Assembly: GCA_051294375.1 (NCBI GenBank)
Contig: CM119265.1
Location: 3,682,467 to 3,746,466, forward strand
Direction of reading: 5' to 3'
Source: Paraspadella gotoi
Taxonomy: Eukaryota > Animalia > Chaetognatha
Length of the DNA: 64,000 nucleotides
Of this stretch, positions 37,062 through 52,214 are shown in pieces (position 1 is the first letter of the stretch; each line of letters opens with the position of its first letter). Below the pieces are notes generated by a model that ran no database searches, was not told where the DNA came from, and saw only the letters and a program-made list of their open reading frames with translations. Made by a program: the position numbers and the translations under genes.

Positions 37062-37161
37062 CTGTACTTAGACGGGAATCTCTCACGTGAGGGAAGCGAA
37101 ACAAAAAAAAAGTCTCTTTCAAAATTTCAAATGATGAGTAAACTTTTCCTCGCTAAACTTT

Positions 37162-37193
<32 letters not shown>

Positions 37194-38571
37194 CCAAAAA
37201 CGAGGAAACAAAGCCAAGTTTCTTTCTTTCTTTCTTTTTTCGGAGGTGGGTTAAAAAGTCCCAAAACTCCCGAGGTTCCGATGTCAAAGTTTATGACTTT
37301 AAGACTTTAAGAAAAAAAAAAGAAGGAAAGAAAATATAAAAAAAACTCGCCCCGGGGATTTTGTGTGTTTTTGAGCGGGAGAAGAAAAACTTTTTTTTGT
37401 TCCCCGAGTTTATTCTTTATTTTTTAAAGCGAGAAAACTCGCATTAGCGAACTTGTTAATGACGAAAGAGTGATAAGTATTTTTTTTTTCGCAAGCGTCA
37501 ACGCGTCGGTATTTAACTTTTTTGAGGGAGTTTGCCAATGAATGTTGTTGAGTTATTGATAAACTCGATGGGACAATGATTTTAAAAACTTTGCCTTATT
37601 TCCCAAAGCGTCCCCGTTTCATCTTAAATTCGGAATTAAATTACTTTTTGGGTTAGAGATTAGGGTTAGGGAAAAATATTCTAATTAAAATTAGGTTCGG
37701 GGATTTAGAAACAGAAATTGGGCGCTTTTGGAAAATAGGGCCTTGAACTTTAGGCCGTTTCTTAAGATTTATTTTAATAAACTGGATTATATGGATTCTC
37801 GTTTGTATATATTATTGTACATACATTTTAAAATCCAAACATTTACCTACTAAAGCCGCGAGTAAATAAAAAGAAGGAAAAAAAAGAAAAGAAAGAAAAA
37901 GAGAAGAAAGAAAAAGAAAAGAAAGAAGAAAAGAAGCAATCGTTGGTTCTCTGGGATCGTAAAACATCAGGTGTTAAGGAGGCGAAACGTGGAACCCCTG
38001 ATGTCATCGGGAAGAAACTCAATTCACTTCTCAATTTTTTTTTCGTTGGAACAATTATTTCACTTGGGTTTTTTTTCCCAAAAACACTTTATCAATGTGA
38101 AAATATAAAATGTTTTATAGTTTTGTAAACTATTTAAACTTTGAAACCGAAAGAGGGATGAGTAAAACTTTAAATTCCCACTGAAATCAATCTAATATTT
38201 TCTTCTCTTTTCTTTTCTCTATTATCTTCCTCTCTCAAACTCGTCTTGTTTCCTCGGGTAATTTAAGGGCTGCCGCTGCCTCCTGCCCGCGCCGTTTCCG
38301 GTCCAGCCGCCGCTGCTCTGCCGCGCCGCAAAACTCAACTTCGTCGCACGAGAATTTCGGCGTCGTCGGAAGCGCGAATTCAGATGCCACCTTCGAACAA
38401 GCTGCTTGCTATGGCTTGGTTATTTTTTCCGGGAAACTTTGGGGTGAGAGAAACGAAGGTTTAGTTACTCGTCATATTTTTAAAAAGATAATTTTATTTC
38501 ATATGATTTACAGAGTTATTGATTGATTGATTGACTGCTGGTGATTTCGAAGGAAGGAAGAATGAGAGAAA

Positions 38572-38638
<67 letters not shown>

Positions 38639-38911
38639 AGAGAGATTTGATTGATTTGATTTGATTGATTTGATATTGATTTGATTTGATTTGATTTGAT
38701 TTGATTTGATTTGATTTGATTTGATTTGATTTGATTTGATGATTGATTTGATTTGTAATGCTCTCAAAAATGGTGACAGTTAACACATTAACAAAACATA
38801 TTGTAACAGAGCGGTACATAAATTTATGTAGAGAGAGAGAGGGAGAGAGAGATAAAGAGAGAAGAGGAAAAAGAAAGAGAGAGAGAGAAATAAAAAGAGA
38901 GAGAAAGAGAG

Positions 38912-38976
<65 letters not shown>

Positions 38977-39143
38977 GAAAAGATATTTTCGCGCAAAATT
39001 GCTGTGGTTTTTTTTGCTGTGAATGTCGTTAGGAACGAGAATTATGTTTATCTGAGGAAAAAACTTAAAAAAAAGAAACAAATACATAAAAAAAAAGTGT
39101 GAGAAAGAAAGAGAACGAGACACAGAAAGAGAGAGAGAGAGAT

Positions 39144-39217
<74 letters not shown>

Positions 39218-39326
39218 CTTGTGATTCTGATTGACCATCGATTGTCTGTCTTCCCTTCTTTTCTGTCACCGATTCCAAACAAAATCTTGGCGGAAACATC
39301 TTCTCTGTCTCTTTCTCTTTTTTTTT

Positions 39327-39386
<60 letters not shown>

Positions 39387-41400
39387 GCTCTTTCTTCTCT
39401 CTCTCTCTCCTCTTCCTTTCAACTCGACCCCCTCCATTTCCTCTTCTCAATCCTTCACCTCATCAAACGTCTCTGGATATTGGTTCTCCTCTTCTGTCTC
39501 TCTCTCTCTGTCTGCTCGTTCTCTCTCTCATCTCTCTCCTCTGTCTCTCTCTCTCTCTCTCTTCCTTCAACTTTTCTTTTGTTAATCTTTTTTTCTCGTC
39601 AGTTTTCATCTTTTTCCAACGCTTTCTTTCCATAATTTTTTTGCTTAAGTGTCTTTAGCTTTTATTTGCGCATTCTTTCTTCTTTTCTTTCTTTTATATT
39701 TCATTCTTCTTATTCTTTTTTATATCTGTTCTTTCTTCAGATGATAATAACAATCTTTCTTTCTTTCTTCTTTCCTTTCTTTTTTCTTCGTGCCTTTCTT
39801 TCTTGTCTTTTCTTTCTTTTCTTTTCTTTTTTTTTCTTTCTCTACTTCTGTTCTTATATCTTCTTTTTATTTCTCTCTTTATCTCTGTTTTTTTTTTTCA
39901 TTTTATTTCAATATTGTCTTTTTCCATTTCCATTTTACTTTTTTTCTTTCCCTCATTGAGACCGGTCAGGAAATATTTGGTCTTCTCCTCTTCATTACCT
40001 TTCTATCAATGCCTTTCCCAAGAACAGCTCCTCTCCTTTTCCTCTTCTTCCTCCTCCTCTTCCTCCTCCTCTCCCTCCTCCCCCTTTACTTTTCATCCTC
40101 ATGATTTTTCCCCCATAATTCAACCTCATAAGTCAGCCTCGCCCATCGCTCCTCTCAGTTCCCTCTTTGCTCTCTCACGGTCTCTCACAGATTCACCTGT
40201 CACAAACCTTTTTGGTTTCATTTTCACAAACTTTGTTTTCACCTTCGGATTCACTTGACTTCTTATTTCTTTTCACGTCACAGCAGCCACCAAATTCTTC
40301 TTTCTTTTTCTGCTCCTGCGAATTACCTTCTAACTCCTTCACAAATTTGTTATTCACGTTTTTGTCAATAATAACCGGTAATTTAGCTTTCCTTATGTTA
40401 TTTATCGTTTACAAACAAAATTTTGTCGTCTTCTTCGTCGTCGTCGCGCTAGATCGGCGGGGAATATTTAAAGGTTTGGTAATAATAGTATGATTGGCGG
40501 ATTTTGGTCCACCATAGTAAAGGGGGGGGGCTTACAATCGGTCCTTTGTTGGTCGACGTCAAACATTCCTTTGTCGCTGATAAATGAAAATCGTCTGCTT
40601 GCGTATCTAAAGCCAATAATTATATCTCTTCATTACTACAAATACTTATTCTTTCTTTTAAAATACACCCTTGAGCTTAAATACATTCCACAAGATTTAC
40701 GAAAAAAAAACGCCTTAGCGAGATGCAAAAAAACAAAAAAAGTCTTTCCCCTGGCGACGCATCTGGACGCATCATTTCTGAGAAATGCTCGAGGTCGACA
40801 ACGAAGACTAAATCTCCGCCGTCCGATCGTTCGCGTCTTCATAAACCGATCGTCGATAGGAGAAGAAAACGAGTGGGTGTGGTTGGGGGAGGTTGTGGGA
40901 GAGGGTGGACGAGCGGTTGGAGGGCGTCGTCGAGGTGTCGAGGTGACGATAAAAAGTCCTCGTTGGTTCTTGATCAAAATCGGAGGAAAAGGGGAAAGAG
41001 TTTGGATGATAAAAGATCAATTAGAGGGAAGGAAGGGAGGTAGAAAGAAAAGAGGAGAAATAGAAAGAGAGAAAGAAAGAGAAAAAGAAAGATGACAATA
41101 AGAAAAGACAGACAGATAGATAGACACATTGAGAGAAAAGAAATAAGGGATACCAAATAAGGAAATAAAAAGTGAAAAAGAAAAGAAAAAAAAGAAAAAT
41201 CTTTAGTTTTAAACGAGAGTAAAACGTTTCTCTTTGTTCTTTGACCCGAACAAAAGAGGAGATGGGGAGGAGGAAGAAGAGGAAAAGGAGGAGGAGGAGA
41301 TAAAGGAGAAAGAGGAGGAGGAGGAAGAGGAGAAGGAGGGAAGGTGGTAGAAATAGGGAGAGGGAGTAAGGAGAATTGAGAGACGAACTAAGGGGTGAGG

Positions 41401-41490
<90 letters not shown>

Positions 41491-41599
41491 AGTAAGGTAA
41501 AGAAAAAGACTCGTGAAGGGAAAACGGAAATGGGCGTCACCGGAAATTGTGACGCGAGTCACCATTTTAGTATTTTTACTTCTGAAATATTTATAAATG

Positions 41600-41619
41600 C
41601 GTGACTCAGAGAGAAGAGT

Positions 41620-41652
<33 letters not shown>

Positions 41653-42867
41653 CGAGATGGAATTTCTGTTTCGAAGGAAACCGTAAAATCTTCTCGAAAA
41701 GTCCGCGCGGCCAAAGTTCGTCCTCGTCTCCGACGAAAAATTCCAGAAAGAAAAAAAAAAAGGAAAAGAAATGTATTCAGTTTTAAATGGCGGGGGCGTT
41801 CTCCACTCGCTCTCGCTATTCGGCTGTTTTCTTTCTCTTTCTCCTCTCTCTCTCCTCTGCCATCGTTCTATCAGCNNNNNNNNNNNNNNNNNNNNNNNNN
41901 TAAAAAACTAATAATCCCAAATGGTATCACCTTTTATATAGTGTTTGTACTCATTTCGATGCTGACGTTTTTGGTCTTTCAGAATATATTGTCAAAAATA
42001 AGGCGCCAAAAATATTCTACACACTATTAAAATAGTTTCTTTTTCATACAAACTCAAAACTAAAATGGAAATCATATTCAAAATATAAAACTTTAAAAAA
42101 ACTAAAAATCCCAAATGATATCACTTTTATATAGTGTTTGTATTCATTTTGATGCGGACGTTTTGGTCTTTCAGATATATTGTCAAAAATTAGGCGCCAA
42201 AAATATTCTAAAACTATTAAATAGTTTCTCTTCTCATACAAACTCAAAAACTTTAAATGGATGGATCAAATTGTACTTTTTTCTAACCAATAAAACTATC
42301 GGTCACTCAGTATCGAATTTCGACCAATAGAAGGTCTCGTCACACTCTGTCGCAGCAACGGTCACAGAATGTCGCATCAAAAGTGACATGTCGCAAGCTG
42401 TCACAGTCGTCACATCAGAAGGAAGATTTGGTTGTGACCGGTCACGATGGGAAGGAAGTATTGTGTTGTGACATGTCACTCACGGTCACACTTTCAGCCA
42501 ATCAGAGTCGCGCATCATAGGAAGAAAATAATATTCATTCCTTCCCACCAATTTATCTTACGTTCTTACGTTTCTCACCAAATGTAAGAAATAAAAATAA
42601 AAAACTATCGGTCACTCAGTATCAAAATTTCGACAATAGAAGGTCTCGTCACACTCTGTCGCAGCAACGGTCACAGAATGTTCGCATCAAAAGTGACATG
42701 TCGCAAGCGTGTCACAGTCGGTCACATCAGAAGGAAGATTTGGTGTGACCGGTCACGATGGAAGGAAGATATTTGTGTACATGTCACTCACGGTCACACT
42801 TTCCAGCCATCAGAGTCGCGCATCATAAGGAAGAAAATAATATTCATTCCTTCTTCTTCTTTTTTTT

Positions 42868-42899
<32 letters not shown>

Positions 42900-44553
42900 T
42901 TCTTTCTTTCTTTCTTTCTTTCTTTCTTTTCTTTCTTTCTTTTCTTTTCTTTTCTTTTTCTTTTTCAACTTTTTTCTCATTTCTCTTCTGCTTTTCCTCA
43001 TATGAAATAATGAAATAAAGACGTTTTGAAAAAAAAAAGGCAACTTCCGATACCAACATATCCGCATATTTTTAAATAAAAACTCTGACCACCTTATTCC
43101 CCCGATTCTCAACCCTTTTTCCACACTCCACGCCTCCCCCACACCAACGCCCACATTCAACCACGCCCCTCCACCCACGCCCCCTCACAAAACCACCCCC
43201 TAGGGGTCGCACCCCGTTGTCGTCGCCATCTTTATGTCCGTCGTTCGGTTTTCGACGAACGAGAGAAAATTTTGTGGCGCGAAAAGATTTTCCGCGTTTA
43301 TTTCCGGTTTATTTTTGACCCGAGGAAGAGGAGGAGGAGGAGGAGGAGGAGGAGGGAGATGGGGAGGGAGAGGAAGAGGGAGAGGTGAGGAGGAGGGAGA
43401 GGGGGAGGGAAGGGGGAAGGAGAAAGAGAGGGGAGGGGGAGGGAGAGGGGGAGAGGCGATGGGGAGGGAGAGGAAGAGGGAGAGGGTGAGGAGGAGGGAG
43501 AGGGGAGGAGAAAGAGAGGGGGAGGGAGAGAGGGAGGAGGATGAGGAGGGAGAAGCGAGAAGGGGTTGGAAAATGGGACTGGGAGTGAGGGAGAGTGGAA
43601 GGAGAGGGGAGAGAAGATAGAGAGGGAGAGGGGTAGAGGCGAGAGCAGGAACTAAATGGATGAGGAGGGATGAAGAAGGAAGAATAGGAGGAAGGGAGAG
43701 GCAAACTGTAGGCGGAGAAGAAGTAAGGGGAGGAAGAGAGGAAAAAGGAGAGGAAGGAGAAGGAAGAGAGGGAAGGGGGAGGAAGGAGAAGAAGGGAGAA
43801 GAAAAAGGAGGAAGTGAAATGAAGAAAGGAAAAAGGAGGGAGAGACGAGAAAAGGAGACATGAGGTTTAATAAACTCTAGTTGTATTAAAGTATTGGTTT
43901 GATTTGATTAGATTTGTTTTCTTTTTCTTGAAAACTGATCGTTTAATTATTAAATGTTCCAAATCAGATGTTGAATTTATTAAAAAAGAAAGGATATCAT
44001 AAAGATAAAAAAATTAACTTGAGGGAGAAAGAAAATTGTGGAAATTTCACTAAAAGTGAAAAAATCACAGAAAAAAAACAAAGAAGGAAAAAGAAACGAA
44101 GAGGAAAAACCAAGTAGCGAAAAAGAAAGAGAGAAAAAAAACAAAAAGGATTTAAGCAGAAGAAGANNNNNNNNNNGAGAGAGAGCGAGATGGAATTTCT
44201 GTTTCGAAGGAAACCGTAAAATCTTCTCGAAAAGTCCGCGCGGCCAAAGTTCGTCCTCGTCTCCGACGAAAAATTCCAGAAAGAAAAAAAAAGGAAAAGA
44301 AATGTATTCAGTTTTAAATGGCGGGCGTTTCTCCACTCGCTCTCGCTATCGCTGTTTCTTTCTCTTTCTCTCTCTCTCTCTCTGCCTCGTTCTATCAGCC
44401 AAACGGAGATTCGTAAGGAGAAACAAAAGAATAAGAAAAAATAGAAAAAAATTAGTTTTTTTCCGAAATAAAAAGAAAAGTTTGACTGAAAATTGCGTCC
44501 TTTTTTTAGTTCTTTGTTTCTTTCTTTCTTGTCTTTACTCTTTGTCTGTCTAT

Positions 44554-44609
<56 letters not shown>

Positions 44610-44613
44610 TCGT

Positions 44614-44661
<48 letters not shown>

Positions 44662-45895
44662 TTCTTTTCTTTTCTTTTCTTTTCTTTTCTTTTCTTTTCA
44701 ACTTTTTTCCATTTCTCTTCTCTTTTCCTCATATGAAATAATGAAATAAAGACGTTTGAAAAAAAAAAGGCAACTTCGATACCAACATATTCCGCATATT
44801 TTTAAATAAAAACTCTGACCACCTTATTCCCCCGATTCTCAACCCTTTTTCCACACTCCCACGCTCCCCCCACACCAACGCCCACATTCAACCACGCCCC
44901 TCCACCCACGGCCCCCTCACAAAAACCACCCCTGTAGGGGCGCACCCCTTGTCGTCGCCATCTTTATGTCCGTCGTTCGGTTTTCGGAACGAACGAGAGA
45001 AAATTTTGTGGCGCGAAAAGATTTTCCGCGTTTTATTTCCGGTTTATTTTTGACCCGAGGAAGAGGAGGAGGAGGAGGAGGGAAGGAGGAGGAGATGGGG
45101 GGGAGAGGAAGAGGAGAGGGTGAGGAGGAGGGAGAGGGGGAGGGAGAGGGGAAGGAGAAAGAGAGGGGGAGGGGGAGGGAGAGGGGCGAGAGCGATGGAG
45201 GGAGAGGAAGAAAAGGGAGAGGGTGAGGAGGAGGGCAGAGGGGGAGGGAGAAAGGAGAGGGGGAGGGAGAGAGGAGAGGAGGATGAGGAGGGAGAGCGAG
45301 AGGGAGTTGGAAAATGGGACTGGGATGTGAGTAGAGTGGAGAGAGGGGGAGGAAGATAGAGAGGGAGAGGGGTAGAGAGCAGGAACTAAATGGATGAGGA
45401 GGCGATGAAGAAGGAAGAATAGGAGGAAGGAGAGGCAAACTGTAGGCGGAGAAGAAGTAAGGGGAGGAAGAGATGAAAAAGGAGAGGAAGGAGAGAAGAG
45501 AGGGAAGGGGGAGGAAGAGAGAAGAAGGAGAAGAAAAGGAGGAAGTGAAATGAAGAAAGGAAAAAGGAGGAGAGACGAGAAAAGGCAGACATAGGTTTAA
45601 TAAACTTAGTTGTATTTAAAGTATTGGTTTGATGTTGATTAGATTTGTTTTCTTTTTCTTGAAAACTGATCGTTTAATTATTAAATGTTCCAAATCAATG
45701 TGAATTATATTAAAAAAGAAAGGATATCATAAAGATAAAAAAATTAACTTGAGGAGAAAGAAAATTGTGGAAATTTCACTAAAAGTGAAAAAATCACAGA
45801 AAAAAAAACAAAGAAGCGAAAAGAAACGAAGAGGAAAAACCAAGTAGCGAAAAAGAAAGAGAGAAAAAAAACAAAAAGGATTTAAGCAGAAGAAG
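41600..45895. repeat. Cluster of local direct duplications around gaps
   Basis: ~41650-41875 = ~44180-44400; ~42955-44166 = ~44690-45895; ~42290-42545 = ~42600-42850; ~41900-42060 ~ ~42100-42250. Confidence 0.85.
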
Positions 45896-45934
45896 AGAAA
45901 AAAAAACAAAAAAAAAACAGTTAAGCCAATAGAC

Positions 45935-46679
45935 AACAAGTTTGAGCAAACAATGTCGGATCTGCCCACGTATATTATCGGTAATTAAATAATTAATAAA
46001 TTAATAATAAATAATTAATTCAAGTTATTAATTAATTAGTCAATTAAATAATTACTTGATACGAAATGTTGTTTTGATTGATTAATTGACTGGATTAATT
46101 AAAAATTGATTAATTAATTGAATAATTAATTAATTAACTGATTAATTATTTGATTAATTTATATATCTTGCAATTTACATTTAAATTATAAAAAGAAAGC
46201 ATAATCAATTAGTGAAACAGGTTTTTTGTTTTTTTCCATTTAAACTTTCATTTTCACTCAAAACGATTCCATCGAAACTTTATTTCCAGCTTAATCACTC
46301 ATTTCCCTACCCACATACAAAATTTCTGGACAATTGTCCCATCCACTCATGAGTAATTGGTGTTCAAATAATAAAATATATTTTTTTTTTCCATTTAAAC
46401 TCATTTCCACTCGGACGATTCCATCGAAACTTCATATCCAGCTCAATCACACACTTCCCTAACCACATACAAAATTTCATTCCAATCCATCCATCCATCC
46501 AATCACGAGTAATTGGTGGTTTTTGTTAAGGTGGGACGGACCGAAGGACGGACAGACGGACGGATATCGATTTTATAAATAAATAAGTTAATGCCCGACC
46601 AGGTTGAGGGGGCGGACCGATGGACCGACAAAGTGAATTATAGAGTCGGGATCTGCTTATAAGCAGATCCGATTAAAAA
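45935..46679 (+). mobile_element. Helentron-associated (HINE/DINE-1-like) non-autonomous element
   Basis: 5' aacaag + subTIR tcggatctgc, internal tandem units, (GACG/GACA) microsatellite, 3' hairpin ggatctgcttataagcagatcc then A-run. A related copy lies at ~59320-60195. Confidence 0.65.
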
Positions 46680-46725
46680 TCAATTACAAATGAATTTATG
46701 ATTTATTGCTCTCTCTCTCTCTCTC

Positions 46726-46757
<32 letters not shown>

Positions 46758-47874
46758 GCTCATCTTATCTTATCTTATCTTATCTTATCTGATGCATCTG
46801 ACGTTGCATCTTCGCCTGCATCTGTCAAAGATCGACTCCATATAACGCTTTTCTCTTTTCCCGGTTCAATTTACGAATTTTTTTCTTTTTTTCTTTTCTT
46901 TTATTTCTTTTCTTTTTTCGACTTTTTTCAAAACATCAAGTAGGCAACCAACCAATCAATCAATCTAATAATCAATCAATCGATAAATAAATATATTATA
47001 ACAATTTGTTTTTTATATCTTTTTTGTTCTGGTCGCCGAATCTTTTTTCCTTTCTCCTTCAATTTTCCTTTCTTTTCCTTTCTATTCTTTTTCTCTTTTT
47101 CCTTTGTTTTTACATCTTCTTTTCTTTTCTTTTCTTTATCTAGTATCTCTTTTTTTTCTTTACTCCCTTTAATTTCCTGCTTTTTCTTTTCATTCCTTTC
47201 CTTTATTCATTTCATTTCCTCCTTTTTCTTTTCATTCCTTTATTCATTTCATTTCCTCTTTTTTCTTTTCATTCCTTTCCTTTATTCATTTCATTTTTTT
47301 CATTTTTCTTCCTTCATTCTTGTCCTTTCCTTTTCCTTTCTTTTTCCTTTCCTTTTCTTTGCCTCCATTCTTTTTCTTTTCTTTTTCCCTTCTTTCATTC
47401 TTTTTCTTTTCTTCTTTCTTTTTTTTCCTTTCCTTCATTCTTTTTGTTTTCTTTTTCCTTTCCTTCATTCTTTTTCCTTTCTTTTTCCTTTCCTGCATTC
47501 CTTTTCTTTTTTTTCTTTTTCCTTCCTTTTTCTATTCTTTTTACTTTCTTTTTCCTTTCCTCCATTCCCTTTCTTTTCTTTTTCCTTTCCTTTTCTTTTC
47601 TTTTTCCTTTCCTTCATTCTTTTTCCTTCCTTTTTCTATTCTTTTTCCTTTCTTTTTCCTTTCCTCCATTCCCTTTTTTTTCTTTTTCCTTTCTTTTTTT
47701 TTCTTTTTCCTTTCCTTCATTTTTTTCCTTCCTTTTTTCCTTTCCTTTTCCTTTCTTTTTCCTTTCCTTCATTCTCCCTCTCTTCTTCTTCTTTTCCTTT
47801 TCTTTTCCTCCATCCCTTTTCTTCCGCCATTTTTATCAAAGCCGCGGGGCGCCGCTTTCCGCTTGATCTTTTGT

Positions 47875-47959
47875 CCGGGCAGTTAATGCAAAATGAAAAG
47901 AAGGAAAAAAATGTGCTCAGGTATTGCGTAAGTGGAAACTTTTTAAAGAGGCGGGAGCT

Positions 47960-48015
<56 letters not shown>

Positions 48016-48077
48016 GAGAGAGAGAGGAGGAGAGAGAGAGAGGAGACTGAATATCGGATTCCAGGTTGAAGACGAAG

Positions 48078-48109
<32 letters not shown>

Positions 48110-48153
48110 TGAGAGGCGAGAGGAGAGAGAGAGAAGACGGAGAGAGGAGAGAG

Positions 48154-48188
<35 letters not shown>

Positions 48189-48702
48189 AGAGAGAGAGAG
48201 ATTGAGAGAGATATTAGTCCACCGGCCGGCGGAAGCAGAGAGAAAAATGAGAGAGAGCGCTTTTCTAAAATAGCTTCCGGTAATCAGCGTGAATCAGCGT
48301 AGAATGACGAAGAGGAAAACCTGTCTCCACGCCTCCTTTTTAGTGACAGGGTTATAATGATGACAGCGGGTTTTTGATGGCACCGTTGCTATGACGACGG
48401 CGCCTTCATGGAAAACCATCTTTTTTCTTAAATTTGATCTCAGCTGCAACTTCCCAAAAATATTATTTCTGGCCACAGATTATAAGAAAATTACAGTTTA
48501 TTGTTTACAGAAAATACAATTCGCATAATCTGCAAATTTAGGTTAAAATCGAAAAATCTTTTTTTGAGGGTATTTCTTTGTACGCTTCCAATACTTCTGT
48601 ATTAGGAGAAAAGAAAAAAAATGACTAAATAGACCAAAAAGATAAAAAAAAACTCTCGGGTTAGAGAGAGAGAGAGAGAGGAGAGAGCGGGAGAAGAGAA
48701 GG

Positions 48703-48774
<72 letters not shown>

Positions 48775-48894
48775 ACAACGACGGAATAACGAGGGATAAG
48801 AATGGCACACATCATCGCATCACTTAAACGCGTTATGATTTATTTCGGATTTCCGGCGAAAAGCAACGGGGGAGAAGAAGTGCGATTAGCGTCA

Positions 48895-48970
<76 letters not shown>

Positions 48971-49081
48971 TCCTCTCTGTCTCTCAATCTGTCTCTCACC
49001 CCTTTCAATCCCTCTATCTCTCTCAACCTCGCGAGAATAATATCGTCTCCCTCTCCAACCCATTTCTCTCTTCTCTCTCTC

Positions 49082-49164
<83 letters not shown>

Positions 49165-49884
49165 CGCCCAAAAACAGGCAATAATTTCCTCTCTCAAATA
49201 CTCATATTGTTGCTTGTATCCGTTTGGACTCAACCCTTTAGACTCTCATTAATCGTTACTCTTTCCTTTTTTCCTCGTTCCTCCTTTCCTCAACCTCCTC
49301 CTCTCTCCCTCTTTCCTCCTCCATCTCCCCCCGCCCCCCTCTTCCACCCCCTACCCTCACCCTTCTTCTCTCACCTCTTCTCCTCCTTCCCCCCCCACNN
49401 NNNNNNNNNNNNNNNNNNNNNNNTTTATTCTTTTTGGTCTATTTTAGTCATTTTTTTTTCTTTTCTCCTAATACAGAAGTATTGGAAGCGTACAAAGAAA
49501 TACCCTCAAAAAAAAGATTTTCAGATTTAACCTAAATTTGCAGATTATGCGAATTGTATTTTCTGTAAACAATAAACTGTAATTTCTTAATAATCTGTGG
49601 CCAGAAATAATATTTTTGGGAAGTTGCAGCTGAGATCAAATTTAAGAAAAAGATGGTTTTCCATGAAGGCGCCGTCGTCATAGCAACGGTGCCATCAAAA
49701 ACCCGCTGTCATCATTATAACCCTGTCACTAAAAAGGAGGCGTGGAGACAGGTTTTCCTCTTCGTCATTCTTACGCTGATTCACCGCTGATTACCGGAAG
49801 CTATTTTTAGAAAAGCGCTCTCTCTCATTTTTCTCTCTCTTCCGCGCCGGTGGACTAATATCTCTCTCAATCTCTCTCTCTTCT

Positions 49885-49929
<45 letters not shown>

Positions 49930-49963
49930 TCTCTCCGCTTCTCTCTCTCTCTCTCGCCTCTCA

Positions 49964-49995
<32 letters not shown>

Positions 49996-50032
49996 CTTCG
50001 TTCTTCAACCTGGAATCCGATATTACAGTCTC

Positions 50033-50107
<75 letters not shown>

Positions 50108-50208
50108 CTCTCTGCTTCCTTTCTAGCTCCCGCCTCTTATAAAAAGTTTCACTTACGCAATACCTGAGCACATTTTTTCCTTCTTTTTCATTTTGCATAA
50201 ACTGCCCG
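47875..50208. repeat. Inverted duplication (47875-48648 vs 49424-50208) next to a 25-N gap
   Basis: Reverse-complement near-identity. Confidence 0.85.
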
Positions 50209-52214
50209 CTTCGGGATATTTTTTTTAGAGAGAGAGATCCACGAGAGAATGAGAGAGAGAGAGACGAGAAGAGAGAGAGAGATGATGAGATGAGAGACAG
50301 AGAAGAGAGAGAGAGAGTTCGATGAGCAGAGACGAGACGAGAGAGAGAGAGAGAGAGGCTGATACTCAAGAAGCCTTCGTATTAGCGCCAGCGTCCGGCA
50401 GCAGCCGCGCCGGCGGCCCGCAGCGCGGCTGCCTCCCTGCCCTTCGACTTTACTTCGCCTCGGCTTATTCTTGCTCCTCTTCCTCTTCCTGCTCTCCTAT
50501 CTCCCGGATCGCGCGACCGCAAAGTCGATCCGGTCTGAGCCCCAGCGGATAACCTTACTCTTTTCTTCGTCTCTCTTACCCTCGTCACTGCCCCGAGTCT
50601 CTTCTCTCTGCCTCACCGCAGCGCGATTCGATTATGGGTTCGCCGCGGATCCGGAAGTCTTTTTTGAAATTTAATTATTATATCTATTGCCAGGCCGTCA
50701 TTTCACTATGTTTGAAAGAAAAAGAAAGAAATTAAGAAATATCGAAAGAAAGAAAAAAAGACATGAAAGAAAGTAAAACGAGCGCGAGAAAGCAAAGAAA
50801 AAAAAAGAGTATATCAAGAACAATATTTAAAAAATCGGGCGGACAACCAAACTAAACCCAATGACACAAAAAAATTAAATAAGTACAAGGTGTCAGGAAA
50901 CTTAGGGGGGGAAAATATGAGATACTTATACTTCAACAAGAAGAACTAAATAACAAGTTGGGAAAAATTGTCGTGTCCTATATTTGTTCCGCCTACTTTT
51001 TAATTTCTAAGATTTTGAGCTAAAAATAATGAATATTACTCAAAAAGCATATAAATCTAACAACTAATTAAATATGCTGAAAACCCATTGGAGAAATTAT
51101 TGATAACAGATAAAAATAATCGAAAATAATAGTTATTTATACTAAATTTGCACATTTATGTTACGCGGAAGAGACGTCATGAAGGAGTCAATCAGTAGAC
51201 AAAACATTTAAACAATCACAGTAGAATCAAAAAATTCGAGCTTCGCCACCATTAGCATATGTCTTAAAAAAAAGATTTTGTACGTTTTCTCATTTTAGAT
51301 AAATAATAGGTTTGAAAAAAAAGAATATATTGACTTAAGTAATTCCGCTTTTAAAATACACGACTTACTTAACTCTTATAAGTAAGAGTTGCGCAAGGAA
51401 AAAAACTCGCTTTTATAGGTAAAATTTAACTCTCTGGCAAGTGTGCATGTCTAATCGATTACACGACTTACCTGTGAATAATCAGTCTATAAGCAGCACT
51501 GAAAATTTGCCTACTCAAACTTCCAAGAGTATGGCTTTAAATCTCTCTTCGATTCTCTAGCTATTACAAAAAACGCATCTGTGCACCAACGTGCGTTCAT
51601 TGAATGCAGCCAACTATCTCAAATTTCGAATCTGCCAAATTTAACTAGGCCTTAATGAAGGAGGGTATGAAGTTTATAATAAACTTATCACCCGACGAAA
51701 ATTAATATTTTTAATCCTAGCGAAATTTTTTGAGAAATTTAAAAGACAAGAGAGGGAATGAACAAAAATATACATTAAATGAAAAATAAAAAAACAAAGA
51801 TAGAAATTATGAGAGTTTGAGACGGCAAGAGCAAAGAGAGAGTAAGAGGAGCATGAGGAGGAGAGAGACGAGAGAGACGGAGGAGAAGCACGGAGGAGAG
51901 CAGAGAGAGAGAAGAGAGACGCAGACAGCCAGAGAGACGAGATCCTGGCCCCGATCCCCCTCGCGACTTCGCAGGCCGGAAGAAGCCCGACTCGACCATC
52001 GAAGGAGAGAGAGAAAAATCTCCCTGATCCGGAGCGAAAAGAAGCCACGGAAAGGAGAACGTCGAGTCGAGTCGAACCGCGCGCCGCTGCTCCGGGCTGG
52101 AACGGCTGCGTCCGGAGAGCTGAGTATAAGACTCCAGAAACGACGAGCACGGGGAGACGGAGAGACTCACCGAGAAGACCGGAAGACGACGAGACAGAGG
52201 AGAGACGAGGAAAG

